Assembly (NCBI RefSeq): GCF_036963805.1
Contig: NZ_JBALUN010000009.1
Coordinates: 314 to 64,313 of the forward strand
Length of the DNA: 64,000 nucleotides
Reading direction: 5' to 3'
Source of the DNA: Parasphingorhabdus sp.
GTDB taxonomy: Bacteria > Pseudomonadota > Alphaproteobacteria > Sphingomonadales > Sphingomonadaceae
Shown here: positions 48,734-57,107 of the stretch, piece after piece
How positions within the stretch are numbered: the first letter of the stretch is position 1
Layout: every line of letters starts with the position of its first letter
Made by a program: the position numbers and the translations under genes
Notes under the pieces: generated by a model
What the model was told of the DNA's origin: nothing
Database searches by the model: none
Seen by the model: only the letters and a program-made list of their open reading frames with translations

Positions 48734-49141
48734 TCACGCCGCGCGGAGGGATTTCTCAATCTGATCGATCGGCGAGTTGGTCAGGGTTTTGTCGAGTTCA
48801 AGAATGATCTTGTCTTTCACTTCCTGATGTAAAACCGGACGTACTTCGCCGAGCGTATCGGGGTCTGCGACGAAAACAAGATGATCATAATCTCCGTCAT
48901 GCGCGCGATTGTAAAGATGGTGCGCCAACTGCTTCGAGAAGGTCGCTTCATCAGTCTCCTGCTGAGAGGATTCCGGAACATAGGAACCAGAGGGTCCCTC
49001 TAACGCCAAATCCTTCGGCTCCAGTTCACCCTCTGATTTGAGACTTACATCGCCGGTCTTGTCGGTGTTCCGGAACATCTTCGCGCCCGCGCCGGTGGCG
49101 ACCACCACGAGGCTGTCTTTCGGAAATCTGGTATTTCCCAT
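48734..49141 (-). CDS. Host-attachment / baeRF12-family protein
   Basis: LVVVATGAGAK; EATFSKQLA; LVFVADPDTLGEVR; LDKTLTN. Confidence 0.85.
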   Translation of the reverse strand: MGNTRFPKDSLVVVATGAGAKMFRNTDKTGDVSLKSEGELEPKDLALEGPSGSYVPESSQQETDEATFSKQLAHHLYNRAHDGDYDHLVFVADPDTLGEVRPVLHQEVKDKIILELDKTLTNSPIDQIEKSLRAA

Positions 49142-49173
49142 TGGTAGTTCCTTTCATTGATAGCTTGTGCATC

Positions 49174-49198
49174 AACGAATGGGGATGGAAAAGGTTCC
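49174..49198 (-). promoter_or_regulatory. EcfG-type promoter (host-attachment-hemerythrin unit)
   Basis: GGAAC-N16-CGTT exact. Confidence 0.8.
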
Positions 49199-49248
49199 AG
49201 GAAAACGGCGTCAGGGCGCAATATTCGCGAACATTATGACCAGCAGAC

Positions 49249-49464
49249 TCAAGTTAGGGGGTTTGCTCTTGCCAGCGCCAGATCACGGACAAATTTTTCA
49301 TATTCGATTTTCCGTCCCGCCGCGTCCGGAATACGGAGCAAATAGGAGGGATGGACGGTGATCAGCAATCTCTGATTGTCCTCCAGATCGAAAAACTGCC
49401 CGCGATATCGCGACAGCGTGATCTTTTTCCCGATCAAGCAATGTGCCGCCGTGCTGCCCAGAAC
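49249..49464 (-). pseudogene. 3' remnant of a UdgX-family uracil-DNA binding protein gene
   Basis: VLGSTAA...RG...ITVHPSYLLR...FVRDL; N-terminal part absent. Confidence 0.8.
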
Positions 49465-49880
49465 CGGTTCTCGACCCGCAATTTGCGTGCGACCTCGACC
49501 AGTTGCTCCATCGTGTGGTCCGGACTGCGGATAATCCCCGACGACAGGAAAAGCCCCTCGATATAATTTCGCTTGTAAAAATCCAGCGTGAGATCGACAA
49601 TCTCCTGCACGGTGAACGCCGCGCGGCGGACATTGCTCGACGTCCGGTTGATGCAATAGAGGCAATCGAACATGCAGTAATTGGTCATCAGGATTTTGAG
49701 CAGCGAGATACAGCGACCATCCGGCGCATAGCTGTGGCAGATGCCCATGCCTGTCGTCGATCCGATACCGCCGGATTTCAGACTATTGCGCTTCACCGAC
49801 CCGCTGGAAGCACAGGAAGCATCATATTTTGCGGCGTCCGCGAGGATCGCCAGCTTTTCGGCGCGATTCATTTTGGGCAT
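49461..49880 (-). pseudogene. 5' remnant of a DNA modification/repair radical SAM gene
   Basis: ADAAKYDASCASSG, GICHSYAPDGRCISLLK, CMFDCLYC; truncated after RVENRF. Confidence 0.85.
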
Positions 49881-49898
49881 CCGCTAGCATTATCACAT

Positions 49899-49913
49899 GT
49901 TCATGATATGTTC
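49899..49913. promoter_or_regulatory. Alphaproteobacterial LexA box
   Basis: GTTC-N7-GTTC, 19 bp upstream of the radical SAM start codon. Confidence 0.8.
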
Positions 49914-49987
49914 CAACAAAACGTCATGCGGTGGCAACTATTCCGCCTGTCGTCGGTTGTTGCGGGAGATCGGGGAGAAAAAGCCAA

Positions 49988-50497
49988 ATGTTTTCAGATG
50001 ACACAACAATCAACCTGATCCTCAAGATCGCAATCCTTGGACCGGTCGCGCTGGTCTGGGTAGTGATCAACGTGCGTGTTGTCGGATTGCGCTCATTCTC
50101 CAAAATGACCGCCTTCGATTTTGTAACGACGGTGGCAATCGGATCACTGCTGGCGACCGCGATGACGGCTAGTTCCTGGCCGGGCTATTTGCAGGCAGTG
50201 GGCGGAATCAGTGCCTTGCTGCTTGCCCAATTTGTCATCAGCAAATTTCGCAGGGCATCGGATAGCGCCAAAGACGCTATATCCAATGATCCCGTTTGGC
50301 TGTTCAGGGAGGGGGAATTTCTGGAAGACAACATGGACTGTGCAAGGATTACCAGAGACGATCTTTTCGGGAAAATGCGCGAGGCAAACGCGCTCAAGAT
50401 TTCCGATGTTCACGGTATCATCCTCGAACCCACTGGTGATATTTCGGTGCTCCATGGCGGGGAACCGGATAATGAAATTCTGCCGGGCAGGGATTGA
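49988..50497 (+). CDS. DUF421/YetF membrane protein (second copy)
   Basis: GLRSFSKMTAFDFVTTVAIGS; LEPTGDISVL; GCAAC-N16-GGTT at 49934-49958. Confidence 0.9.
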   Translation: MFSDDTTINLILKIAILGPVALVWVVINVRVVGLRSFSKMTAFDFVTTVAIGSLLATAMTASSWPGYLQAVGGISALLLAQFVISKFRRASDSAKDAISNDPVWLFREGEFLEDNMDCARITRDDLFGKMREANALKISDVHGIILEPTGDISVLHGGEPDNEILPGRD

Positions 50498-50624
50498 CCC
50501 GTCGGTTTCGGTGCAGTGGTAAATTGCATCCCTAGACTATTTTGGAACCATGCCGGACGTCGCTTGTTGGTGATTGCAGAGGGGCAATTTGTTGTCTCTT
50601 CATCTAGGAATGAAGGAATACAAA

Positions 50625-50891
50625 ATGAGTAAACTAACCATTTTCACCGCGACGGCAGCAGCTCTGGCTTTGACCGCATGTGCGCAAGAAGACACAAGCG
50701 GCGCAGAAACAGCAACGGAAGTAGAAGCGCAGGAAGCTGAAGTAGCAGCCGATGAGGCGGAAGCCGCCGCGGATGCAGCTCCGACCGAAGCTGGCGAAGA
50801 AGCCATGGAAGAAAAAGCCGAAGCGCTGGAAGACAAGGCCGATGTTCTTGAAGAGAAAGCCGACGAAGAAGAAGGCGTTCTCGCACAATAA
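50625..50891 (+). CDS. Small acidic Ala/Glu-rich lipoprotein
   Basis: LTAC lipobox; GGAAC-N16-TGTT at 50544-50568; terminator hairpin 50922-50950. Confidence 0.8.
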   Translation: MSKLTIFTATAAALALTACAQEDTSGAETATEVEAQEAEVAADEAEAAADAAPTEAGEEAMEEKAEALEDKADVLEEKADEEEGVLAQ

Positions 50892-50954
50892 TTCAGAATT
50901 TCCCTTTTGGGGAACTAGAGGAGGGCCAATCGAGCAATTCGGTTGGCCCTTTTG

Positions 50955-52217
50955 CTATTTATTGGCACCGACAACCTTCCTTGATCGCGCTTTCAGGTCA
51001 TTGATGTCCTTTTCGTGCGTGATCGAACTCTCGGCTCTCACCAGTGCATCGCGGCTGGTATCGTCTGCAGTGTCAGAAAATATTTCCGGCCACGAACTTT
51101 TAAGCGCGAGCAATACCAGCTGGATTCGCTGTTGCACCTCAATATTGCCGCGTCCGTCCCTTGCAATCTTCGTGAAAAAATCATCAAACAAGCTGGTGAG
51201 CTCGATTTCAGCACAATGCAGCCTGGAATAGCGAACATCAGGATCTGATAGTTCCGCGCGCGTTTCGGCGAAAGCCTCAAAACAGCGCAGGCCACTGTTG
51301 ATGACGGCGATCGCAGTACCCGGATCATTCACTGCGGGTGACAGCGCGCGGGATGCGATTTCGGAAAGCACAACCAGACCAAATCTGGGGTCCTGTTCAA
51401 AACTCCGGTCGCGTTCGATCAGGATTGTGTCCCGGAATGGCTGTGGATCAATCTCGAGCGGTTCGCCCCCTTCCAGATAGAGCAGCTCCCGGGCGGGATA
51501 AATCAGTTGGCCGGGATACACTGCCAGATGAACCGTCACGTCATGCTTGTCTGCTGCTTCCTGCAACGCGGCCATATCAATTGTGGTCACCAGCCCGCTT
51601 GCCGTCTCGCAGCTCACAGCCACCGCATCTTCCGGTACAGCCACCGCTGGTTCCGCGCCCAGGTAAGGGTTTTCACCATGCCATTTCAGCGCTTTTGATG
51701 CCGCCTTTTCCACCCGTTCAATCAGGTCGCGCATTCGTCCAAAGGTCGACAGCTGCTGGATCCAGCTGATCAGCGTGCCCGTAATGATGATGATCACCGC
51801 AATAGTCGCGAAAAACAGCAGAACACGGCCTTTGTCACCATAGAAATTCGCAGACAATCCGATGATGCCCACGATACTGAACAGAAAGGTTCCCAGAAAA
51901 GTCGACAGAGCATTCTGTGATCGGTCGTCGGCCAGCATCAGCGTAATGGTCCGCGGCGTGGCCGTATTGGTTGCGGAGCTATAGGCGGCAATCATGATCG
52001 AAACGGAAAAGGCGATCACCGCCAGCATGCTCGACGCCAATATCGTCAGCAAATCACCGACCGATCCGCTCGCGAGCTCCAGATCATAATTATAGGGAAT
52101 GAGCGGACCGATCCACCTGGCCGCGACCACCGCGACAATTGCGGCCAGGCAGAACAACAATGCCCGAAACCATATTCTTTCGGGCAGTCGAAAAATGAAT
52201 TTTTTGAACGCCAGCAT
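50955..52217 (-). CDS. DUF2254 membrane protein
   Basis: ILASSMLAV..FS.SIM; ATPR; LSTFLGTF; IASRALSPAVNDPGTA. Confidence 0.9.
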   Translation of the reverse strand: MLAFKKFIFRLPERIWFRALLFCLAAIVAVVAARWIGPLIPYNYDLELASGSVGDLLTILASSMLAVIAFSVSIMIAAYSSATNTATPRTITLMLADDRSQNALSTFLGTFLFSIVGIIGLSANFYGDKGRVLLFFATIAVIIIITGTLISWIQQLSTFGRMRDLIERVEKAASKALKWHGENPYLGAEPAVAVPEDAVAVSCETASGLVTTIDMAALQEAADKHDVTVHLAVYPGQLIYPARELLYLEGGEPLEIDPQPFRDTILIERDRSFEQDPRFGLVVLSEIASRALSPAVNDPGTAIAVINSGLRCFEAFAETRAELSDPDVRYSRLHCAEIELTSLFDDFFTKIARDGRGNIEVQQRIQLVLLALKSSWPEIFSDTADDTSRDALVRAESSITHEKDINDLKARSRKVVGANK

Positions 52218-52828
52218 TGTACAGGACTTTCTGAGTTTGACCGCGGTTTCGGAGCGGGTTCATGAAACTAGATCGTAGATGATAGGGGTTAAACCAAGCT
52301 ATTCAATGTTCGTTTCATCAAGAGGGTTTTTTCCTGGCACGAATTTTGCGAAATCCGCCTGCGCCGTTCCGACATAGAATCTCATTTCGATAGCGAATGT
52401 CGGACTTGGAGTGAAAAAGTTCCGATGTGCTTACAGAAAGACTTGATGCGAGACAGAAAGAACGTCTGGTTGTGCACCCGAAGTGGTCGACCAAACTGTC
52501 CGAAAACGGTCCACATTTTGCTGTTTGTCTTGATCACTTTAGGTTTACGCTTAGCCAATTCGTTCCTACTCTCGGCATTGATTTCAGAACTCCAAATGGC
52601 CATCCAAAAACCACAATTGCAAGGTGTTTCAGGAACCCAATCGATAGCTGGTGACCGTCCAAAGCCACACCCCCTTTCATGACTAAAAAGCGCCCCTGTC
52701 AGGTTAGTGTCTGGACAGCAACCCGCGCATCTTCAGGGCCGTGTTGTCATCCTGCGGATGAGAGTCTTGGATTTTTTCGCATCGACTAGAAATGGAAAGT
52801 TGGCCATAGAACCGAAATCAAAAAGCTG

Positions 52829-52905
52829 TGGCGCACCCGACAGGATTCGAACCTGTGACCTTCGCCTTCGGAGGGCGACACTCTATCCAGCTGAGCTACG
52901 GGTGC
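52829..52905 (-). tRNA. tRNA-Arg(CCG), 77 nt, CCA encoded, variant anticodon stem
   Basis: Full cloverleaf: GCACCCG/CGGGTGC, GCTC/GAGT, TCGCC-CTCCGAA-GGCGA, ACAGG-TTCGAAT-CCTGT. Confidence 0.95.
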
Positions 52906-53028
52906 ATACTGCTTACGCAGTGCTTACGCGGAAATTTTGGCGGTGTGAAGACAATATGGCCAAAACCTGTAAGTTACGTAAAACAAACGAAAAAAATTCC
53001 TTTCTATTTTCAGCTCTCAGCTTGACAC

Positions 53029-53072
<44 letters not shown>

Positions 53073-53155
53073 TGAGGCATATCTGCCAAGTAAAAGCGCT
53101 TAGCAGCGGGGATGCCGCTTTGCCAATCACTAATTTGGAAGATAGTGGGTCTATT

Positions 53156-53563
53156 TTACTTGCTGGTCTTTTCCAACTTGGTCTTTGTTATCTTTTGGAA
53201 TTTCCCAAGACCGCATGCCGCGCGCGTATCAAGCCGACCTGCGGAGCTACTGAGCACATGTATAATATCAACACTGCAGAGTTGGTTGTTCGACGGGCTA
53301 TAGGAAAATGCTTTTTCAAAGCCCAAGCCGCTGCACTTATTGGGCAATTCATTTCGGTATATGTCGCCATTATTCATTTCAAAATCAATTGTTTGGTCAT
53401 CGATGACATTGGTCGAGCGAATCTGGGAGCGGTTGATACAGCTTTTAGCATCGCCAACTGTCTCGATAACATAATTATCGTCATTCGAGCGTTTTTCGCC
53501 TGCATAGGCGACGCCAGCTAAGGCGAGAATCGAGCCGATGAGGATCGGAGCGAATAGCTTCAT
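53156..53563 (-). CDS. Secreted hypothetical protein (DUF6491-like)
   Basis: Signal peptide; SCIN..QIR...IDDQTIDF...C.GL......YS....QLCSVD. Confidence 0.65.
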   Translation of the reverse strand: MKLFAPILIGSILALAGVAYAGEKRSNDDNYVIETVGDAKSCINRSQIRSTNVIDDQTIDFEMNNGDIYRNELPNKCSGLGFEKAFSYSPSNNQLCSVDIIHVLSSSAGRLDTRAACGLGKFQKITKTKLEKTSK

Positions 53564-53656
53564 ACTGTCTCTCCCTAGACTAAATGGAAACCTAAACGCA
53601 AAAATACACCTGTCAGGATTTCTAGAAGCTGAACAACCAAGGCGGATATAAGTGAT

Positions 53657-54295
53657 TCAGGGCGCATGCGTTTTCTTTTTGAACCGGCACAGGTCGGATA
53701 CCGGACAGCGCCAGCATTCCGGCTTTCGTGCCTTGCAGATATAGCGGCCATGCAGGATTAACCAGTGATGGGCATGCACGCGAAAGGGGCCGGGTGTTTG
53801 TTTTTCCAGCTTTTTTTCAACTGCTAATACTGTTTTCCCTGGTGCGAGCCCGGTGCGGTTTCCAACCCGGAAAATATGCGTATCAACGGCAAAAGTTTCG
53901 GCCCCAAAAGCGCAATTCATGACGACATTGGCAGTTTTACGACCAACACCGGGGAGCTTGGTCAGTTCGTCACGGTCGGCGGGCACTTCCCCGCCAAAAT
54001 CGGCGATCAGCATTTCGGATAAAGCGATAACATTTTTGGCTTTGGTATTGAACAGGCCAATTGTCTTGATGTGTTCTTTCAGGTCATCAATGCCTAGTTC
54101 AACCATTTGCTCCGGCGTTTTAACCCGTTCAAAAAGCGCCCGGGTGGCTTTGTTGACTCCGATATCGGTGGATTGCGCAGATAAAGCGACGGCCACGACA
54201 AGTTGATAGACATTGCCGTAGTTTAGTTCTGTTTCGGGTGAGGGATTATCCGCTGCGAGTCGTGAATAAAACTCAAAAATATCGTCTTTTTTCAT
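53657..54295 (-). CDS. nth: Endonuclease III
   Basis: LPGVGRKTANVV; AVDTH; C-X6-C-X2-C-X5-C. Confidence 0.96.
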   Translation of the reverse strand: MKKDDIFEFYSRLAADNPSPETELNYGNVYQLVVAVALSAQSTDIGVNKATRALFERVKTPEQMVELGIDDLKEHIKTIGLFNTKAKNVIALSEMLIADFGGEVPADRDELTKLPGVGRKTANVVMNCAFGAETFAVDTHIFRVGNRTGLAPGKTVLAVEKKLEKQTPGPFRVHAHHWLILHGRYICKARKPECWRCPVSDLCRFKKKTHAP

Positions 54296-54302
54296 ATGTG
54301 AG

Positions 54303-55040
54303 CTATGATTTCAGACCGAGCATATCCGTCATGTCATAGCGCCCCGGTTTCTGCTGTGTCAGCCATAATGCCGCTTTCACGGCTCCCCGCGCGAAGATCA
54401 TCCGGTTTTCGGCACGGTGTATAAGTTCGATTCGTTCTTCATCGGTCGCCAATATGACCTGATGGTCCCCTGCGACCGATCCGCCACGCAGTGATGCAAA
54501 GCCGATAGCGCCTTTGGCCCGTGCGCCTGTATGTCCGTCGCGGCCGCGCTCACTATGATCGTCCAGCTTGATCCCACGGCCTTTTGCGGCCGCCTCGCCG
54601 AGCAGCAGCGCTGTACCAGACGGCGCATCAACTTTGTGCCGGTGATGCATCTCGACAATTTCAATATCCCAGTCGTCGCCAAGCCGCGCAGCCGCTTCTT
54701 TGACAAGGGCGGCCAACATGGTCACGCCAAGCGATGTGTTGCCGGTCTGTAGAACCGGAATCGATTTTCCTGCGGCATCAATCGACAGGTGATGAGCTGG
54801 TTCCAGTCCAGTGGTTCCCACTACGATTGGCTTTCCGGCCTTGGCACAGAGGTCGAGTCGTTCGGCTAACCCTACCGGAGTGGAGAAATCGACGAGGACG
54901 TCGCAATTGCTAAGCAGGGCTGCAAAATCATCATCCTGATCTACACCGCCAGCGTGACTAAGTTCGTCCCGCTCACCAATCGCGTTGACGAGGGCGTGGC
55001 CCATCCGGCCTTTGCTGCCGATAATCCCGATAGATGTCAT
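54303..55040 (-). CDS. dapB: 4-hydroxy-tetrahydrodipicolinate reductase
   Basis: GSKGRMG; VGTTG; EMHHRHKVDAPSGTA. Confidence 0.96.
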   Translation of the reverse strand: MTSIGIIGSKGRMGHALVNAIGERDELSHAGGVDQDDDFAALLSNCDVLVDFSTPVGLAERLDLCAKAGKPIVVGTTGLEPAHHLSIDAAGKSIPVLQTGNTSLGVTMLAALVKEAAARLGDDWDIEIVEMHHRHKVDAPSGTALLLGEAAAKGRGIKLDDHSERGRDGHTGARAKGAIGFASLRGGSVAGDHQVILATDEERIELIHRAENRMIFARGAVKAALWLTQQKPGRYDMTDMLGLKS

Positions 55041-55093
55041 ATTTCCATTTCCATAGGCTTGCATTATGTAGCTGAAGCTGCTGGCATAGCGTT

Positions 55094-55828
55094 ATGCGCG
55101 AAATAAACAATATTGTCATACTGACCGGTGCGGGAATCAGTGCGGAAAGCGGTGTTGCAACCTTTCGCGGGCCGGATGGCCTGTGGAAAGGGCATCGGGT
55201 GGAAGATGTTGCTACGCCAGAGGCATTTCAGCGGCATCCGATTCTGGTTCAGAAATTTTATGACGAACGGCGCGCCAAGCTACAGGGTGTGCAGCCCAAT
55301 CCCGCGCATCTAGCGCTGGCGCAGCTTGATGCTGCTTGGGGAGGAGATTTGCTGCTGGTCACGCAAAATGTGGATGATCTACATAACCGCGCCGGATCAA
55401 AACGACTACTGCACATGCATGGAGAATTGCTTAGCGGCCTGTGTCTTGCTTGCGGAGAACGTTCCCCGGTGGCCGGCAATTTGTCAGATGGACCTGTATG
55501 TCCTCATTGCCGCCAATCTGCTATGCGTCCCGATATCGTTTGGTTTGGTGAAATGCCCTATCAGATGGATCGGATAGAGTCGGCTTTATCGCAATGCGAT
55601 CTGTTTGTGTCGATTGGCACATCGGGCGCAGTCTATCCCGCAGCGGGCTTTGTTCGGTCTGCCCGGCATTATGGGGCGCTAACGTTAGAGATGAATTTGG
55701 ACCCGTCTGATGGCAGTCTATATTTTAATGAGAGCAGGATGGGAAAAGCAGGGGAGCTTGTCCCGGCCTGGGTCGATGATATTCTCTCATCAGGAACGCG
55801 ATTTTGTGACGTAATGCTTAAGCGATAA
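55094..55828 (+). CDS. cobB: NAD-dependent deacylase (sirtuin)
   Basis: GAGISAESG; TQNVDDLH; HMHG; RPDIVWFGE. Confidence 0.93.
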   Translation: MREINNIVILTGAGISAESGVATFRGPDGLWKGHRVEDVATPEAFQRHPILVQKFYDERRAKLQGVQPNPAHLALAQLDAAWGGDLLLVTQNVDDLHNRAGSKRLLHMHGELLSGLCLACGERSPVAGNLSDGPVCPHCRQSAMRPDIVWFGEMPYQMDRIESALSQCDLFVSIGTSGAVYPAAGFVRSARHYGALTLEMNLDPSDGSLYFNESRMGKAGELVPAWVDDILSSGTRFCDVMLKR

Positions 55829-55843
55829 CGGAAAAAAGGCAAA

Positions 55844-56626
55844 TCAGCCCTCGGTCAGCGACCCGCAGCTTTTGCATTCGGGATCTTTGGGTAAGTTGAT
55901 GCCACGCATGGAGGGGCGAAGCCCATCGAATAATTGCAGCTTTCCCGCCGGATCATCGCCGAAGCCAGTGACAACCCGGATCGCTTCCATCGCTGCAAAG
56001 CTCCCCATCAGGCCAACCATCGCACCGAGAACACCGACTTCGGAGCAATTATCGCAATCATCAGGGTCCAGCGCGTCTCCGACGAAACAGCGATAGCAAG
56101 GTTTATCATTTTCCCATCCGCGGAATATACCAAGCTGCCCCTGAAATTGACCGATGGCGGCGGACACCAAGGGTATATGATGGGTTAGCGAATAGTCCGA
56201 CACCAAAAGCCGGGTCTGATAATTGTCGGATCCGTCCAATATAACGTCAAACTGTTCAAAAAATGCTGCAGCATCATCTGTGAAATGCTGCGCAGTAAGT
56301 CTTTGATTAACTGTATTTATTGATACATCCGGGTTGATTTTCTGTGCCGCCTTTTTGGCGACCGCAACTTTAGGCTGTCCGACATCATCTGTGGTGAAGA
56401 GAACCTGTCGCTGCAGATTAGACAAAGATACGACATCATCATCGATGATCGTTAACGCGCCAATTCCGGCTGCGGCGAGATATTGGATCGCCGGACAACC
56501 AATGCCGCCCGCTCCGATGATTAATATATGGGCGTCGATAATCTTTTTCTGGCCGATACCGCCAATGTCTTTCAGGACGATATGACGGGCATATCTATCA
56601 AGCTGTTCATCGGTTAATTCGGTCAT
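55844..56626 (-). CDS. moeB: MoeB/ThiF/HesA adenylyltransferase
   Basis: RYARHI; GAGGIG; SNLQRQ; CYRC...C. Confidence 0.85.
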   Translation of the reverse strand: MTELTDEQLDRYARHIVLKDIGGIGQKKIIDAHILIIGAGGIGCPAIQYLAAAGIGALTIIDDDVVSLSNLQRQVLFTTDDVGQPKVAVAKKAAQKINPDVSINTVNQRLTAQHFTDDAAAFFEQFDVILDGSDNYQTRLLVSDYSLTHHIPLVSAAIGQFQGQLGIFRGWENDKPCYRCFVGDALDPDDCDNCSEVGVLGAMVGLMGSFAAMEAIRVVTGFGDDPAGKLQLFDGLRPSMRGINLPKDPECKSCGSLTEG

Positions 56627-56653
56627 TTGTTACAAAACCTGCCGCTCTCCGAT

Positions 56654-57100
56654 TTATACACCGGTAGAACCAAAGCCACCAGAACCGCGTGTCGTCTCAT
56701 CCAAGTCAGCGACTTCAACCAGATTTCCGCGCTGCACTGGTGCCACCACGATCTGGGCGATCCGGTCGCCGCGTTCGACGATAAAATCTTCATCGCCAAG
56801 ATTGACAAGTATCACTTTAATTTCGCCGCGATAATCACTGTCGATTGTTCCGGGAGAGTTGAGGACCGATATGCCTTTTTTGAGCGCCAGACCGGAACGA
56901 GGGCGCACTTGTACTTCATAGCCTTCTGGAATTGCAAAGGCGAAGCCAGTTCCGACCAAGCCGCGTTTACCCGTAGCGATAGTGGCTGCTTCTGCAGCGC
57001 GAATGTCCATACCGGCTGATCCGGCCGTTTCATAAGAAGGTAGCGGTAAGTCGTCGGCGGCATCCAGCCGCTTTACGGCTATTTCAATCGGTTCAAACAT
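56654..57100 (-). CDS. dut: dUTPase
   Basis: AGMDI; RPRSGLA; [11 protein letters not shown]; [10 protein letters not shown]. Confidence 0.96.
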   Translation of the reverse strand: MFEPIEIAVKRLDAADDLPLPSYETAGSAGMDIRAAEAATIATGKRGLVGTGFAFAIPEGYEVQVRPRSGLALKKGISVLNSPGTIDSDYRGEIKVILVNLGDEDFIVERGDRIAQIVVAPVQRGNLVEVADLDETTRGSGGFGSTGV

Positions 57101-57107
57101 ATAGTCC

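Noticed and set aside
52640-52730. GGGG-ended segment and CTGTCAGG/CTGGACAG pair as an IS or Tn3 end
   Set aside because: No transposase, no partner end, and no match to an IR that I recognise.
52829-52905. Variant tRNA as a decayed pseudogene
   Set aside because: All differences keep base pairing, and the anticodon, T loop and CCA are intact.
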